Assembly (NCBI GenBank): GCA_905178155.1 | Contig: CAJINV010000003.1 | Location: 6,291,985 to 6,355,984 of the forward strand | Reading direction: 5' to 3' | Length of the DNA: 64,000 bases | Source of the DNA: Amoebophrya sp. A120 | Lineage: Eukaryota > Protista > Dinoflagellata | Part shown: one piece after another, positions 40,808-54,482 of the stretch | How positions within the stretch are numbered: position 1 is the stretch's first letter | How the letters are laid out: each line of letters begins with the position of its first letter | Notes under the pieces: generated by a model | Told to the model about the DNA's origin: nothing | The model's database searches: none | The model's input: only the letters and a program-made list of their open reading frames with translations | Program-made: the position numbers and the translations under genes

Positions 40808-41593
40808 GTTTGCCCGAGAGTTGAATCAGTCTTGATGGAATTCCGATACTTTTTAAGTAAATTTGGTCCCAACAGGCGATGATCATAGATTTCTTAATGC
40901 TTCTTGAATTTTTACGCGGCCTCTCACCCTATACTTAGTTGAAGCCACGTACTGATCTCATTTCGCACGTACACCGGCCGCCTTCTTGAGTTTTGCCTCT
41001 AGTGCAGCCCATTTTTTCTCGACTCCCTGGCCCTTTTGCGACGCTGGTCATCGTCCCTCATCAGACCCATTGTCACAAACAGATGAGATTTTTCAAGAAC
41101 TATTTGAAATACTGCTGGAACCCACTAATATTTTCCATTGTGAACAAAAAAGCGCCGACTCGCAAAGCAGCGTCCAAGCACCATCGCCGTGCTTCATGTA
41201 GATGTGCTTTATGCCAACGGAGTGCTTTACGCCATGCGTCTCTCTCGCCTCCGCCTTCTGGTACATTTTAAGGATATCTAGGACAGCTTTCGCGCCCTCG
41301 CTGCTGGATACCAGGAACGGGCTTCTACTTAAAATGATTTTTTCATGGCAGGCTTGATTCAACAGCTTCTCCCTACAGAGAGAAACCTGAACTTCCGCAC
41401 TGAGGAGTTTCCACAGTGCATCGACATCTCTGGCATGATGGACGATGTGGGCATTTACTACAATAAAAAATCGAAACGTAAAAAGAACCAAGGCGTCGTC
41501 GAGTATAGGATGCGGAAAAGGAAAATTTTGCAAATTCGTCTTTTGAGAGAACGAAAGGAACGCTTCAACATTGTCCGTGCCTAATTATCAGCT

Positions 41594-44211
41594 TCATTGT
41601 TCTTGACTTTTTCGCTCTTCCACGGAGCCCAGGGGTTGGTTGCGGGGAGACATTGTTTTGGACTCGGAAGTCCGGGCTTTCCGCGCGCTCGCGCCCGTGT
41701 CATCGGGCACCGACTTTTTGAAAGACGAGGTAGTCACGCTTTCGCGGCGGGCGAGACCCTGGATAAACTCGGAGATACGGGCGCCGCTCGCGTTGCCTGG
41801 CGAGGCGGCCGCCAACGGGTGGTGGGGCTCCAGCATGAAGTTCTGCCCACCTCCCGGAACGGACTTGCTGCTGGCCCGAGATTCCCCCTCCGTCGGGGAG
41901 TCCGCGTAGCCGGGACGCTCCTGCATCGGCACAAACTCGCGCCGCGTGCTCCCCACGTACAGCTGGCGGGGCCGCCCGATGCGCATCTGGTCCTCCTGGT
42001 GCATTTCCAGCCAGTGCGAGCACCACCCCACGCACCGCGCCATGGCGAACATGACCGTGAACATGGAGGTGGGGATACCGATGGCGCGGAGGATGATCCC
42101 CGAGTAGAAGTCCACGTTCGGGTACAGTTTCCTCTTCTTGAAGTACTCGTCCGATAGCGCGATCCGCTCCAGTTCCATCGCCAGTTCCAAGTGCGGGTCC
42201 AGCACGTCCAGGTCGTTCAGCACCTGGTGGCACAGCTTGTGCATCTGCTGCGCGCGGGGGTCGAAGTTCTTGTAGACGCGGTGTCCGAACCCCATCAGCC
42301 GGGTCTCCTTGCGCTTCACCTTCTCCAGGAAAGTGGGGATGTTCTCCTTGTGCCCGATCTCCTCAAACATCTTGATCACCGCCTCGTTGGCGCCGCCGTG
42401 CGCGGGGCCCCACAGACTCGCGATCCCCGCGGCCACGCACGCGTAGGGTTTTATCCTATGTAAAAACGTCCCCACCCCATAGTCAAGATGGGGAATCGGC
42501 TAGACAAATGCACAAGTTTCGGCTCTTTTGCATGACAGATTTGGACTCGTAGTGTAGTGCTGTTTGAGCTACCTGAGCAGCATCACAGATCTAGTACACC
42601 ATGCTGATTGGAGCATGACGAATTCCAAAAGACGACTAGAAAATGCTTCTCATGGGGCTCCGCATGAGAAACATGCTCAGCATGCAGATTTGCATTACAA
42701 CTATGGGATGGGGACATTTTTAAATGCGATAGGGTTGGCCTGGGAGCTACCGGCAATGCGCACGGTCGACGTGGAGGCGTTCTGCTCGTGGTCCGCGTGC
42801 AGGATCAAAAACACGTCTATCGCCTTGGCGTGAATGGGGTTCACCTTGTACTCCTCCAGCGGGGTGGCAAACATCATGTGCAAAAAGTTCTCCGCGAAAC
42901 CCATCTTGGCCTTCATTTTGCATATAAAAGTTTTGATCATTGAAAAGCGCATCAGCAACACAATTTCTAGTTGGTGTACTTACTCGTGCTAGGGCAGATA
43001 AGTACAGAAAACGAGGACCACAACATGTGAATCCTGCCCGTCTCATTCTTTTAGTACATAAAGCACTACGGAACGACACCTCGACAAGTTACTTTTTGCG
43101 GAATTGTACAACGAACTTTCTACCTGCGGCCACACGGCCGGTTCCCCCAAGTGCGTTTTGTATGCCAGGGCCGCGAGCGTCGGAAACTTTGCTACCATCC
43201 GGATGGTGGCCAGCCATCGAAACTCGGGATCCGACTGGTCCAGTTCGCTAAAAAAAGCCGAGAGCGCACCGGTCACTGCTACCATGATCGCCATGGGGTG
43301 CGCAATCTGCATTGCAAATATGCCTGGGTCGGCAAGGATGCGAACTTGTAATGCAGCAAACTACTCAGGAGCATACCAAAAACAAAATGTGTGTTGCATA
43401 AGCTCCTACCCGTCATCTCCTGCTCGATTATTAATGGCGAATTTTCATTTTTCATGCAGGATAGGGCTTGGAAAGAATGCCCGAAACAAACCTGTAATGC
43501 TGCAGTGTGCGTTTCAGGTTTGTCAGCGTGAACCTGATGCAAAACCTGCATGACAAAAAAGCGCAATCTTCCCGACCCAGACACACTTGCATTTGATACG
43601 CATCCATTCGAAACGATTCGAACATACGCTTGAGCTTTTCATGCACGAGCAGATTGGCCTTGATCTCCTTCTGAAACTCTTTCAACTCGTTTCGGTTCGG
43701 CAGCTCCCCCGTCATCAACAAGAAAGCCACCTTGTGATTTATGTGCGGTACAAAATGAAGGGCTCTCTCTTGATGAAACAGCCTGAGCGATCCAGTGCGC
43801 CGTTGCCTATATGATTTTTGCCGACGAACGCGCACTAGGATAATTCGTCGGCGGGGTTTTTTTCTTCAAACGGACAAGAAAGTAGAAGTACAGTATGCGC
43901 GGCGACCAAGAGTAGAAAGTTATGAATACCTCGATGAAATTGGATTTGACGCACAGCTCCTCGATGGGAATGCCACGATAGCAACAAATTCCTTCATTGC
44001 CGTCGATGAAGGTGATGGACGACGAGCAGGAAGCGGTGCAGGAAAAACCGGGGTCGTAGGTGAAGGCGTTGGTTTTTGCGTACAGGTCTCGTATGTCCAG
44101 GAACATCTCCGTACCCTCAGTCCCCCTATACACTTTGATCGAGTGTTCCTTTCCATCCGGGAGCTTGAGGACCGCAACTTCCTGCTTCGCCTGGCCGTTT
44201 GCATCCGGCAT
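41594..44211 (-). CDS. Citrate synthase, type II (GltA-like), 5 exons
   Basis: [81 protein letters not shown]. Confidence 0.95.
42452..42731. mobile_element. Introner family B
   Basis: TIRs tatcctatgtaaaaacgtccccaccccatagt / actatgggatggggacatttttaaatgcgata; flanks ggttt/gggtt; restores SSQANPYACV. Confidence 0.88.
43306..43598. mobile_element. Introner family A
   Basis: Ends tctgcattgcaaatatgcctgggtcgg / ccgacccagacacacttgcatttgata; flanks cgcaa/cgcat; restores the conserved FRMDA|HPM. Confidence 0.88.
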
Positions 44212-45886
44212 CTTTTGTTCTCTTCGGAAGATTGAAGCGCAATCAAGAGGTAAAGAAATATCAATGTCTTCAATAGCAAATACTTCAGCAGTTAAAGACC
44301 CGTATCGTACATTCAAAAACTTCTAAGGCTCAAAACCGCTACCGAAGTCAATTAGGCAGCTTACTTTATAAAATATTTTGTCGTCCGTTCCAGAGGAAAA
44401 AGTCCAAAAAAAGTGACCGGTTTCTCACTGTCACTGTCCATCATAAATATATAGAAGAAAAGCGACGGACATATGTGGTCTTCCTGAGTAAGACGGAACA
44501 ATCACCACAGTCTGGTCCGGTGTCGACTTCACATACGCCAAATTGAAGTGCCGTGCGTCGCTTGCTCGCCGCTCAGAAGAAACTGAAACTCGTTGAAGTG
44601 TGTCCTCGCGCGTAAGAACAGGAATATTTGCGCACGCACGCTTTCGTTTGTCATTTCACACCCCCGCTCAGATGGCACTTGTGCATGTATCCTTCTCCAT
44701 GGCATAGTATCTCTTTTTCGTGTAATAATGTGGCGGGACCGAACACGGACGAGATCGTGTGTTTGTTCACAAGAGAAGATGATATTTCAGATACCATCCA
44801 GCTGCGGACAAGGCGAAATTGTTTCTATGCGAGATGATGGGGCGGCACTGATGTTACTGTATACCTGATGTTTTTTGTTCGCGTTCCGTTGCGGGGCTGC
44901 CGCGCAAGAAAGTTGGTACAATTTCAGACGTATAACCTGCGTCGAATTTGTGGCGTTCCTAATGGTTCTGATGTTTCGAAGCACTGCCTTGGGAGCCAGA
45001 TAGTCAGTCTCGAAAGACTGCCTCAGCTCCAGTCAGATGGTTCTGCTACTCACTAGCCGGTTGAAGCGTAGTGGCAGCACTGCTCTAGGACGCTATCGAG
45101 CAGCATTGCGCTGCCTCAAATCATCCCAGGTCGTGTATCTGAATACGTAGTATCAGGCGTTGCGGCTGTACGTAAGCCGCAGGGTCTTGTACATAGGGCT
45201 GAAGATATGTTAACTGTGATGTTGGGGTTACGGATTCTGAAATATGTGTACAGAGGTGGATCATGTTGTAGCGCGTTGTTTAACAAAAATCCTAAATGCG
45301 GCCGAAATATGCGAAAAAATAGCGCTTTCCAAAAATTTTGTATAATGATACTTCTGATAGCGACTCACAACAATAAAATTCATTTGCAACTTTTCCTTCC
45401 TTCGGAACTGAGCAACTATGAGATATCTCGTCGCTGCTGAGCGCATCTGAAGATTAGTGCATCGCCTGTACGCAGCTATTGCTTTGTCCGGCGCCTGACA
45501 TACCACATTAACGTAGTGGCGCTTGATATTTTGAATTGTAATCAACTGAATTAACCATTCTGACTCTGTGAAATTGTAAATCAAAAGTAAAAAAATAGAA
45601 AGTGCTTGTAATCCAACATAAAAAAAGTGTGTCTGCTTCTGCTTGTGATACTTTAGTGTAAACAACATGATAACATAAAAAAGTGATAAGCATAAAACTA
45701 AAAGTAACTGAATCTGTGCTTCAAAAAAAATGCTGATGAACCACCTCTACTTCTTCTTTTCGTGCCATGGGACTACATAGGTATCAAAGCCGTCGTGAAA
45801 GTGACTGCTCAACTGTGGCAAAAATCTGGTGTATTATACAATTCATCGATGCTACTGCGCAGCCAGAAATGACTGTGATAGCCTAT

Positions 45887-48800
45887 TTAGTCCTCTTCGT
45901 CGAGCGCCTTGATGGAAGACAAGGAAATGTAAACACCCCAGAGCGCGCAGAAAAAAGCGAAGGTAGCCCACTTCGGCCCGGCCGGTCCGCCCAACTCACC
46001 GCCGTAGAGGTATCGTCGCAGCACGAGTGTCCCCAGGCACGCGAATGCGGTCAAAGTGAAAATCGTCACACTGTAACCGAGGGAGCCTGTAGTTTGTTTC
46101 TTTTGTAGATTGAGCCATAATTTCGTCATCCCAGCAGCATCATCAAAGCGCTAATGCTAGAGTGGAAGTGGCAAGAAAGTAGTGTTCGTGCACCCACTAG
46201 CGTTGTGGAATTCGAATTCGAATTCTCATCGCGTCGCGGAACAATGATCGGTGACCACACGACAATAAGAATAAACACCGTAGAAGCAATCATAAGTTTA
46301 CCTGCAACAACGACAAAGCCGCCGTCTTTCAGGTCTGGGTTTGTCAGCAGTGACAGCTTCTTCTGCGCAATCTTCGCCTCCCACTCCGGTGTTCGTCCCT
46401 CCGCATTCCAGTAGAAAGCACCGATCATCCACGGCAGCCCCAATCCGAGGAATACCTGTGTGGCGCAAGGGCAATACGGGTGTGTAACTAATGGCACTTA
46501 TTTTCGAAATGACAATGAGCCAATACAACCCCAATATTAAACGATGCATCATCACCAAATTTTGGCACCAAAGATTCATTATTTGAGCTTTCTTCTAACG
46601 TAACCTGTATAGTCGAACGAAGTCTGGCACAACCGCAACATGTGACTACAACAATCAAAACCCAAAGCAAAAACAAAAGCAAGCACAACTTTTCTGTGTC
46701 TAATACGTTGACGGAATTTGAGCCGGTGACGTTGCCGACGGAGGCGTCGGCGTACTCGTCCTGTTCCGCCGAGGTTTTTGAGGCGAACAAGTCGGGCAGC
46801 GAGGTTCCCAGGGCCACGAAGGTGATCGCGGTGACGGAGGCCGGGAGGCCCAGCACGCACCCGAGCAGCGCTATGGATTGCAAATATGTCTGGGTCTGGA
46901 AGGTTGCAACTTGTGATGCTGTTTTTGGATTCTAAAAAAACTTGTATTGCATGTCCAGCAAGAAAGGTCCAGTTTGTGCTACGCGGACAGGGCATTTCTG
47001 ATGCGGAAGGCGCATCAGGAAGCCCTCTAAAGATCTGTGATGCTGGGTCATGCAATACAGGCACCAGGGGCCGTGAGAAATATGCATGACAAGTCTTGCA
47101 TTCTTCCAGACCCAGACATTTTTACATTTGGTAAGCGCGGCCAGGTCGCCAATGATGGCGGTGAGCACGCTATCCTGAGTAAAAACATCCCCACCCCATA
47201 GTTGTCATGCAGATTTGCGATTACAGGAAGATTTGTAATGCGCATCTCCATGAGAGGCATTTCCAGTCGCGTTTTGGAATTTGTAATGCTGTAAACAGGA
47301 TAAACAGATGGATTCGTGATGCGGTTGTCCTCGCTAACATGCACTACACTACGGACTGCACTTTCTCATGCGTGGCGTCCAAAACTTGTGGATTTGTCTT
47401 GCTAGGTTCCCAACTTGACTATGGGGTGGGGACGTTTTTATATATGATACACGCCGATCATGATCAGACTGCAGAAGAAGCAGACCCAGCCGTTGGCGTA
47501 GTCGGTGGGGGGGACGATGGCGAACAGCAGTTTCCAGAACACGGTGAGAATGTGGAAGACCCAGTCGCCGGCGCCGGCCTCCGCCTGCTCCTCGGGAGAC
47601 CCGTTCACGTACAGGGCGGACACAAACTGGTCCCGGTAGTTCGCGTTGCCGATCGCCATCTTGTCCGCGTTCACCTTCAGAAACCCGGTGGCCTTGTCCA
47701 CCAACTGCTTGCGTTCCTCGTTGGGAATGATCGAAATGGTGCAGATGCCCGACTCCTCGCCGCCGTCCGTGTCCGCGGAAAACGAAGCGCCACCCGTCGC
47801 CTCGGTCAAGATGACTCGAAACTTCTCCAGCGCCTCGTACCGACCCCGGGCCAGCACGCGCACAGATATCACTTTCTCCACTTCGCCCGGAAGAAACGTC
47901 AACTCGCCTGTTTTATTACAAAATAGAAAAAGATGATGAAAATATTTGGCTCATTTTGAAATCCTTCCAGATTCGACAAGGACTGTTTCCCGACCATCAC
48001 GCCAAGGGGACGCGAGTGGCAGGAACAGCAGCTGCACGCATCCACGTTTGGGAGAAACAAGGCGCATAGATACATCTACAGATAGGATACATTTGTGTTT
48101 TGTCTTCACGGAAAATACTTATGCATAATTTCAAGCTTAGATCAAGGCTACCCATGCGGGTTCTATTGATTCGCAAATCCAAAAAATCCTAGTTTCGAGG
48201 GCATAAAGATGCTGTAGAAATAAATTCACATTCTCCTCGTACCTTCAATGTGTTCATAGTCGCGGTCCTTGGTCGCGCTATCTTCCTCCGTTGCGTATTT
48301 GCAGGTCACCGTACCGGTACTACCGCCGCGGCGCTGCACGAGGATCTTCTGGGTGCAGTCCTCTGTGCTTTCTTGTAGGTCCAACAATTCCTTCTCGAAG
48401 CAGAACACACCCGGCAGGTCGTCGTCGATAATCGTGATCTGTTCACAGTTGGTAAGGAAAAGGATATTTTTGCAGCTTTATTTCTTGGCTAGAGATACTA
48501 TAGCTAAACTTCCGTGAATGAAATCCGATGGACTCACACAAAAGACATCATTCTGAAAATGGCTATGACGGTGTTGAGCAATAGATACTACTTTTTTAAG
48601 AACTTGTACCAAAAGTATAGTTGGGTACTATAAATCTCAAGTGTCTAGTTACCGTGGCGGTTTCCTCGAGTTTGGGGATCTCGACGGTAACACCGGGCGG
48701 CCCGCTGGCCTCAGACAGATCGACGTAAAACAGCTCGTCACCTTCGTAAATGTCGTCGTCAATGATCTCTACCGTGACCGTCTTCTCGGCCTCGCCCGGA

Positions 48801-50951
48801 TTGAACGTCAGTGTGCCCTCAATGTGCACAAAGTCCTCGCCCGCCGTCGCCGTGCCATCCCGGGTGGCGTAGCGGATGCTCAACGTGCCCTCGGTGATGG
48901 TGCGCTTCACGGCCATGTTGATTTTTTGCCCGGATTCTAAAATGGCAAACGTCGTGCCCTCGAGAAACCTATCAAGTGTAAAAATGTCTGGGTCTGGAAG
49001 AATGCGCGACTTGTCATGCAGATTTTCCATGACCCATGAGGTCCGGAATGCAGGACCTAGCATGACAGATTCTGCGCGATCTCTCTCATGCCTATCCTGC
49101 ATGAGAAACTCCCTCCCGACTTGGTCAAAACTGGACGACTTTTGGCAATCATGCAACACAGATTTTTGCATGCTTCAGATTTCGCATGACAAGTTGCATT
49201 CTTCCAGACCCAGACATTTTTACATTTGATAAAACCCGACCTCCATCACGTTCTGCTTGCCCTTGCGCTCCTTTCCCTCCGGCGAAATGGTGTTCGAACC
49301 GACGGAGCCCATAATGCTGCTCACGCCGGGGATCCGAATTTTCTTCGAGCCGGTACCCCGCCGGGTGGCTTCCACACGCCGCGCGGCTCGGCTGTGGGAT
49401 TGGGTCTCGTAGGCCATAATCTGGGCCAGCTGCTCCTCGCTCAGCGGCGCGCCGCCGTGCTGCTTCTGAATCTTCGCCGTCAGCTCCGCGAGTTCCTCCT
49501 TGGTCAGATCGGAAGCTGAAATCACACTTGACGTGGTCGTCTTCTGGCAGAGAACACCGATATCCGCAAGGTAGGCTGTGAGGAGTCAGAGTATGAGAAC
49601 GTGGTGAACTATGCACATCATGCGCAGGTTTTTATATTATCGAGTCTATCAGTATCAACAGGACAAGGATGTTGATAAGTATGTTCGTTTAGGAGCAGTC
49701 CTTTGTGCTCAGACCTCGGCTTTGGCTTTCATAGGGACTTGCTTCGTCTGAGCCCGGACCTTGAAATAAAGCTATTGCTACTCAACATTTATTTTTATAT
49801 AGCCAAGAAACTTACACTAAAATTACACTATATCATATCAACTTCTATACCAATCAGGACTAAAACGGGGAAGTAAAGGAAGGAAATGACGCCCTCCGCC
49901 ACGGTGACAATGTCCTCCGTGGTCCACTGCAGGATGACGAGGAGCCAGATGTAGGCCCAGACGGAACAGATCGCAGTGATGGCGAAGACGCCCAGGTCCT
50001 TGATTTTTCTGATTTCGCCACTGGGAATGGCGATCACGCACACCGCGATGATTACCAACAGATTAAAGGCCGCGGACCCCACAATGGTAGAGGGCCCGAG
50101 CGCTCCGGAGTGAAAATCTTCGCTGAAAAGCTCAATGCAGGAAAGCAAGATTTCGGGTGCGGAACTCCCGAGGGCCATCAGGGTAAGATTTGCCACAGTG
50201 TCGTTCCACACTTTGATTGTTGTTGTTCGTCCGCTTGCTGGATCCCTGATCGTCTTCTTCACTGAGGTCACCTTTTCAATCGCGCCCTGTAAAGTCGTGA
50301 GACATTGAAAAATACTAAAACAGTTCTTGGCCTCCTCACTAGTCGCTACCTTAGTGGAAAATCAATCGAATCGTGGTGGAGCAGGAAAATGAATCGTGTA
50401 GTCGCTTCTCATGGACGAGTACAAGCAACTGAAAGTTCTTGAAATAGTCCAGGCCCATGTAGACATACAACATTGAATATCACGCACAGCCGTAGGAAAT
50501 ACAATGTAGTGCAAGCTTCTTAGACAAAAAACTATTATACCATAAAGACGTCGGCGATGATAGCAACGCCCAAGAAGCACCAGAGCGTGCCGATGAGGTA
50601 GAGGAATTGACGAAGTCCCTTTGGCCAGTCGACGTTTTCGTCATCGCCAAACAGGGGGAGGAGAAGGCCGGAGCCGCCGGCCTCGCAAATTTCTGGCTCT
50701 TTTACCTTCACCATGGTAACTGTAACCGTAGCGGTTGTCAACTGCCGCTGGACGTGCTCGTTCACGTGCGCGGAAAGTTCTTGGGCGTGCGCGACCACCT
50801 GCCGCGACACTTCCGCCATGTGTTCGGCGACATGCTGGGTCGTGAGGTGCAAAGCACCTTCGGCGGCGTACGAGGTGCTCGAGCTCGCGGCGCCCGTGCC
50901 CACCAGCAGCTGGGCTGGTGCTCCTGCTGCGTAAAAATTCTCTCCCGCCAT
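45887..50951 (-). CDS. Na+/Ca2+ exchanger (NCX/SLC8-like) with two Calx-beta domains, ~10 exons
   Basis: alpha-1 repeat [23 protein letters not shown]...[13 protein letters not shown]; Calx-beta [10 protein letters not shown]...IIDDDIYE; alpha-2 repeat [15 protein letters not shown]...[15 protein letters not shown]. Confidence 0.95.
46872..47133. mobile_element. Introner family A
   Basis: tatggattgcaaatatgtctgggtctggaag / cttccagacccagacatttttacatttggta; perfect agcgc flanks; restores IGDLAAL|LGCVLG. Confidence 0.92.
47171..47449. mobile_element. Introner family B
   Basis: tatcctgagtaaaaacatccccaccccatagt / actatggggtggggacgtttttatatatgata; perfect cacgc flanks; restores LIMIGV|LTAII. Confidence 0.92.
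48970..49231. mobile_element. Introner family A
   Basis: tatcaagtgtaaaaatgtctgggtctggaagaatgc / gcattcttccagacccagacatttttacatttgata; perfect aaacc flanks; restores MEVGF|LEGTTF. Confidence 0.92.
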
Positions 50952-51923
50952 TGTTAGCAAGTACGCAGCGGAGAAAAAATAGCAAGTCTAATAAATCGTT
51001 CGGGGGTGAAAGTTAGTATGGTACAAGGAAGTGCCGTTCGCAATTTGAATTGAAAACGCGTTTTCCTACGCAAAATTTTCCTCAACCCTCGGAGTTGGTT
51101 TTCCACTGAACCGTAGTTCCTCACCGCACCAGAAGGGGAGGCTTTAATGTAAGAGTGTGCTGACGAGGACACCGCATGTTGGTTAAACTTCAAATGTAAA
51201 AAAACGTTAGATGGATGATAAATTGATGAAAGGAATGACCCAATTACAGCTCCTTGCAGTCGACTCGGGGGGAATCAGCCGCATACAAAAGCAAAGGGAC
51301 TGTGTCGAAAGTAGTTCAAAGTGATGCATCCAAACGATTCGCAAGACTGTAGAAGTTCCAGTGCCGACGTTTATCTTGGCGTGGTTCCTTCGGTTGTATC
51401 TACTTTGTACGAAGAGCACGAATGTCAAAAGCGGAGTACGAATTGTTCAATTGGACGAACCGACGCTTTTTCATGTGTGCTACAGCCGACGCTTTTTCAT
51501 CAATACGATAGTCCGTAGTACTTTACGATACTGTAATTTTACTTTCTCTTGACGAGCGGTGTCGCACGGTAGTGAAGATCTACTTACAGAAGACAACCGG
51601 AATGCACTTGTTGCACCAACCGACTTCTTACCAAATCTCTTTGTCGTAGTTCATTTGTGCTTTTCGCTTGATAGATTGTGTTCCGACAAAGTGGGACAGA
51701 GAATGTGAATTGATGAATGATGTTGTGCTATTAACCTCTACTTGTAGTTTGTTTGCAAGACGGCCTTTGGAGGCTGAAGCGATGCAGCGCCACAAACAGC
51801 TTGTCGTGTGGGCAATGCGAACTGTAGTCCTACGTGTGCTTCCAGGTAGGTAGGTAGGTTTACTCAACTACGGAGTTATAACATACATCGTGTAGTGCTC
51901 TTGTAGCCCAAAATGAGACATTT

Positions 51924-53266
51924 TCACAGTTTCGAAGTTAGCACAGGTGGATCGACATCCCTATGTTTGCCGCTTGGCGGTGGTGGGGTATGCATCAACT
52001 GTTCTACGAAAGAATGCACGAGCTTCTTGTATTCCGCTGGCGAGCTCGGCAAAATACAGCAGTGCGGTGCCGAGGAAAAAACGACCGCGGTCACCGGATT
52101 CACCGTACTGGGTACGCGCCCGGTTTCCACGTCATACAACCGAGAAGCGACGTACTTAACCCGTTCCCGCATGCAGGCGCGGATGAACCACGGCTCACAC
52201 AACGTGTCCGCCTCGGAGAACACAAACTGCATGTTGCTCTGCGCGTTGCACAGCCGCGCGACGCCCCGCAGGAAGACTTTGTTGGTCGCCGACAAGTTCT
52301 TGCACTTGGTCTCGTTCGATGCTAAGGGCGTGGCGCTTTTGATGGTGATTTTTTCCTTGCTATCCGTGGTCTCCGCCATCACACTCTGCAGCCACTGTGG
52401 CAACCCGAAGGACATCACCCGCGCGAACACGCTCCACCGGAGCTCTCCCGGGGCACAGTCCATCCACACGGCCCTGGGAGCGGTTACCACCTTCAGTTCG
52501 TGCACCAGGGTGAGCATCAGGAACGTCCCGTTGTTGGAGAAGCAAAAGAACGCGCCCCGCGTCGGGTCCCGTGCATCTTCTATTACATTGGCCCCGTCGT
52601 CGTGGTCGGGAGAGGTCGTGGGTGGTGATGTTGAAAGCTCTCGCCGCACCACTTGAATCAGCTCCGTCGCGAACCGCCGCCGAAACCATGGCACCAGTAG
52701 CTCCTTCCCCCCGCATGACGTCAATTGAAAGGAAAAACCCCCCCTACCCATATCAAAACGAAGCTTCTGATTTTGGATTTGCGTACACAAATCAGATTTG
52801 TCTTGCTGGAGAGGACTGCAGGCCTATACTATGCCTGCGTAGGGAGGTTTTGGGCTAGGCGCTCAGCATGACAGGCGACTTGTCTTTAGGGCCAACAGAA
52901 TCACAAACCGCCTGTAAAATGCGGCGGAGCCTGTGGGGTTGCGTCCTTGCAAGACAGAGACGATTTGTGGTCACAAATCAGCATTGCAAATTTTCTAAGA
53001 TGTATCTTTTCGACATGGGGAGGGAAGATTTTTCCTTTTGATAACGTCTGTATCACGTTTACGGACTCCGGAAACAGCTCGGAGTACTTCGCGACCACGT
53101 CCGGCGTCGAAAATGCCCAGCCGAATACCCAAATCGTGTGCAAATGCTGCTTTTGCGTACTCGTTTTTTTACGCTCCCGAATATACACTGTCGGACCGCT
53201 TTTGGTTTTAACGGCCCGGAATCTCGAGAGAGGGGACCCAACATCTTCGGGATGCGCAGGGGGCAT
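51924..53266 (-). CDS. TMEM53/DUF829-like alpha/beta-hydrolase-fold protein, 2 exons
   Basis: WVFGW, FSNNG, MDCAPG, FVFSEADTL, FSSAPHC...PAEY in the family order; the exons join in frame (VIQT|SCGGK) across an introner. Confidence 0.7.
52723..53043. mobile_element. Introner family C, intact 321-bp copy
   Basis: aattgaaaggaaaaacccccccta / ggggagggaagatttttccttttgata; perfect acgtc flanks. Confidence 0.9.
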
Positions 53267-54482
53267 GATGAGGAGTGTGAGTGTTGTTATCAGAGTATAA
53301 TCGTCGAGAGGGTTTTAAGTCTTTCGTGCCGGGTATAGTACAAATGCGAATGGATTACGTGTACCTGCCGACCGGGGAACTCAAGAGCAAGACTTCTATA
53401 TCCAGTGAATATAATCGAACTGCTGCAGGCAAGGAAGTCATAACATGCCTCCGGACACCGAAGCGAAAGCGCGTCAGATTCTCATTGGTTCATCTCCTGG
53501 CAAACAAGTTTACGTCGTTGCAACTGATGACGGTAAACATGTGCAAGCCATATTTTACCGAGTTGGCACACACCAAAATGACCGATGGCAGAAGTGGATT
53601 AAGAAGTTCAAACCGATCCGTTTCTTTCTCTTCCATTCCCGCACGAATTTTATACACAAGCAACGGAAAAATTTCTACCGAAGCAGAGCAGTATCGACAG
53701 ATGAAAAGCTGCAACCAGGACCTGCAACACGGAGAACAAGACCGCCTGCGTCCCAAAGCACCACACTTTGCGTTTTGGCGTAGCCGCGTTGTATCAATCT
53801 TTCGCTAATATGAGCCTGGGTTCAAAGAAAATGAAAATGAGCGTACGGATTAGTCGGGTGCCTCTCCGCATCCACTTTCTTTTTCTCTTCAACACCGTGA
53901 ATATGCCAGGAGTCCTGATCATGCCAAAGACTGTCATGAAAACGCTTCGATATTCGTGGTATCCGTATCCAAATGACTTCTTGCACATAATGTAGCTTTC
54001 TGTGTCTTCTGCTGGGGTAAAAATCATCGCTCGGTATCAATTGAAAAAATGAAGTTGTAATTGTGCCTTCGTGCATCCTGCCGTGGTTTGTCTCGGTAAC
54101 TATGAATGGTCAAAAGGTCAAGAGGTGCGCGAAAGATCTACTTTGTGTATAGGTCACGCAATAAATGCTTCGTTCGAAGTGCTTATATTCTCTTTTTGCT
54201 TGCCGAAATGAATTGTTTGTCGCTACTAGCATTATTTTGCTTCAACACGCACGGATTTTTTCCCTCCTTCTTGGTGCGGCAAAACTGAAATGCCTATCAA
54301 ACAGCCGGCGCATCATTCAGAATTGCGTTGTCGATGATTCACGTAGCCCCGTTGAGCCCACAAATGGGTACTACGTAGAAGTCAAATCGACGTCAGGTGT
54401 CGCTTCTCCGGGCCCCCGAATCACATTTTACCGCTACGAGAAGGACCTTTCGCGTACTACACGAATTTCGACTAAGTACACA

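Noticed and set aside
41093-41584. Short ORFs between the kinase and citrate synthase (likewise 2080-2500, 24660-25480, 53280-54080)
   Set aside because: No recognisable motifs or consistent exon structure
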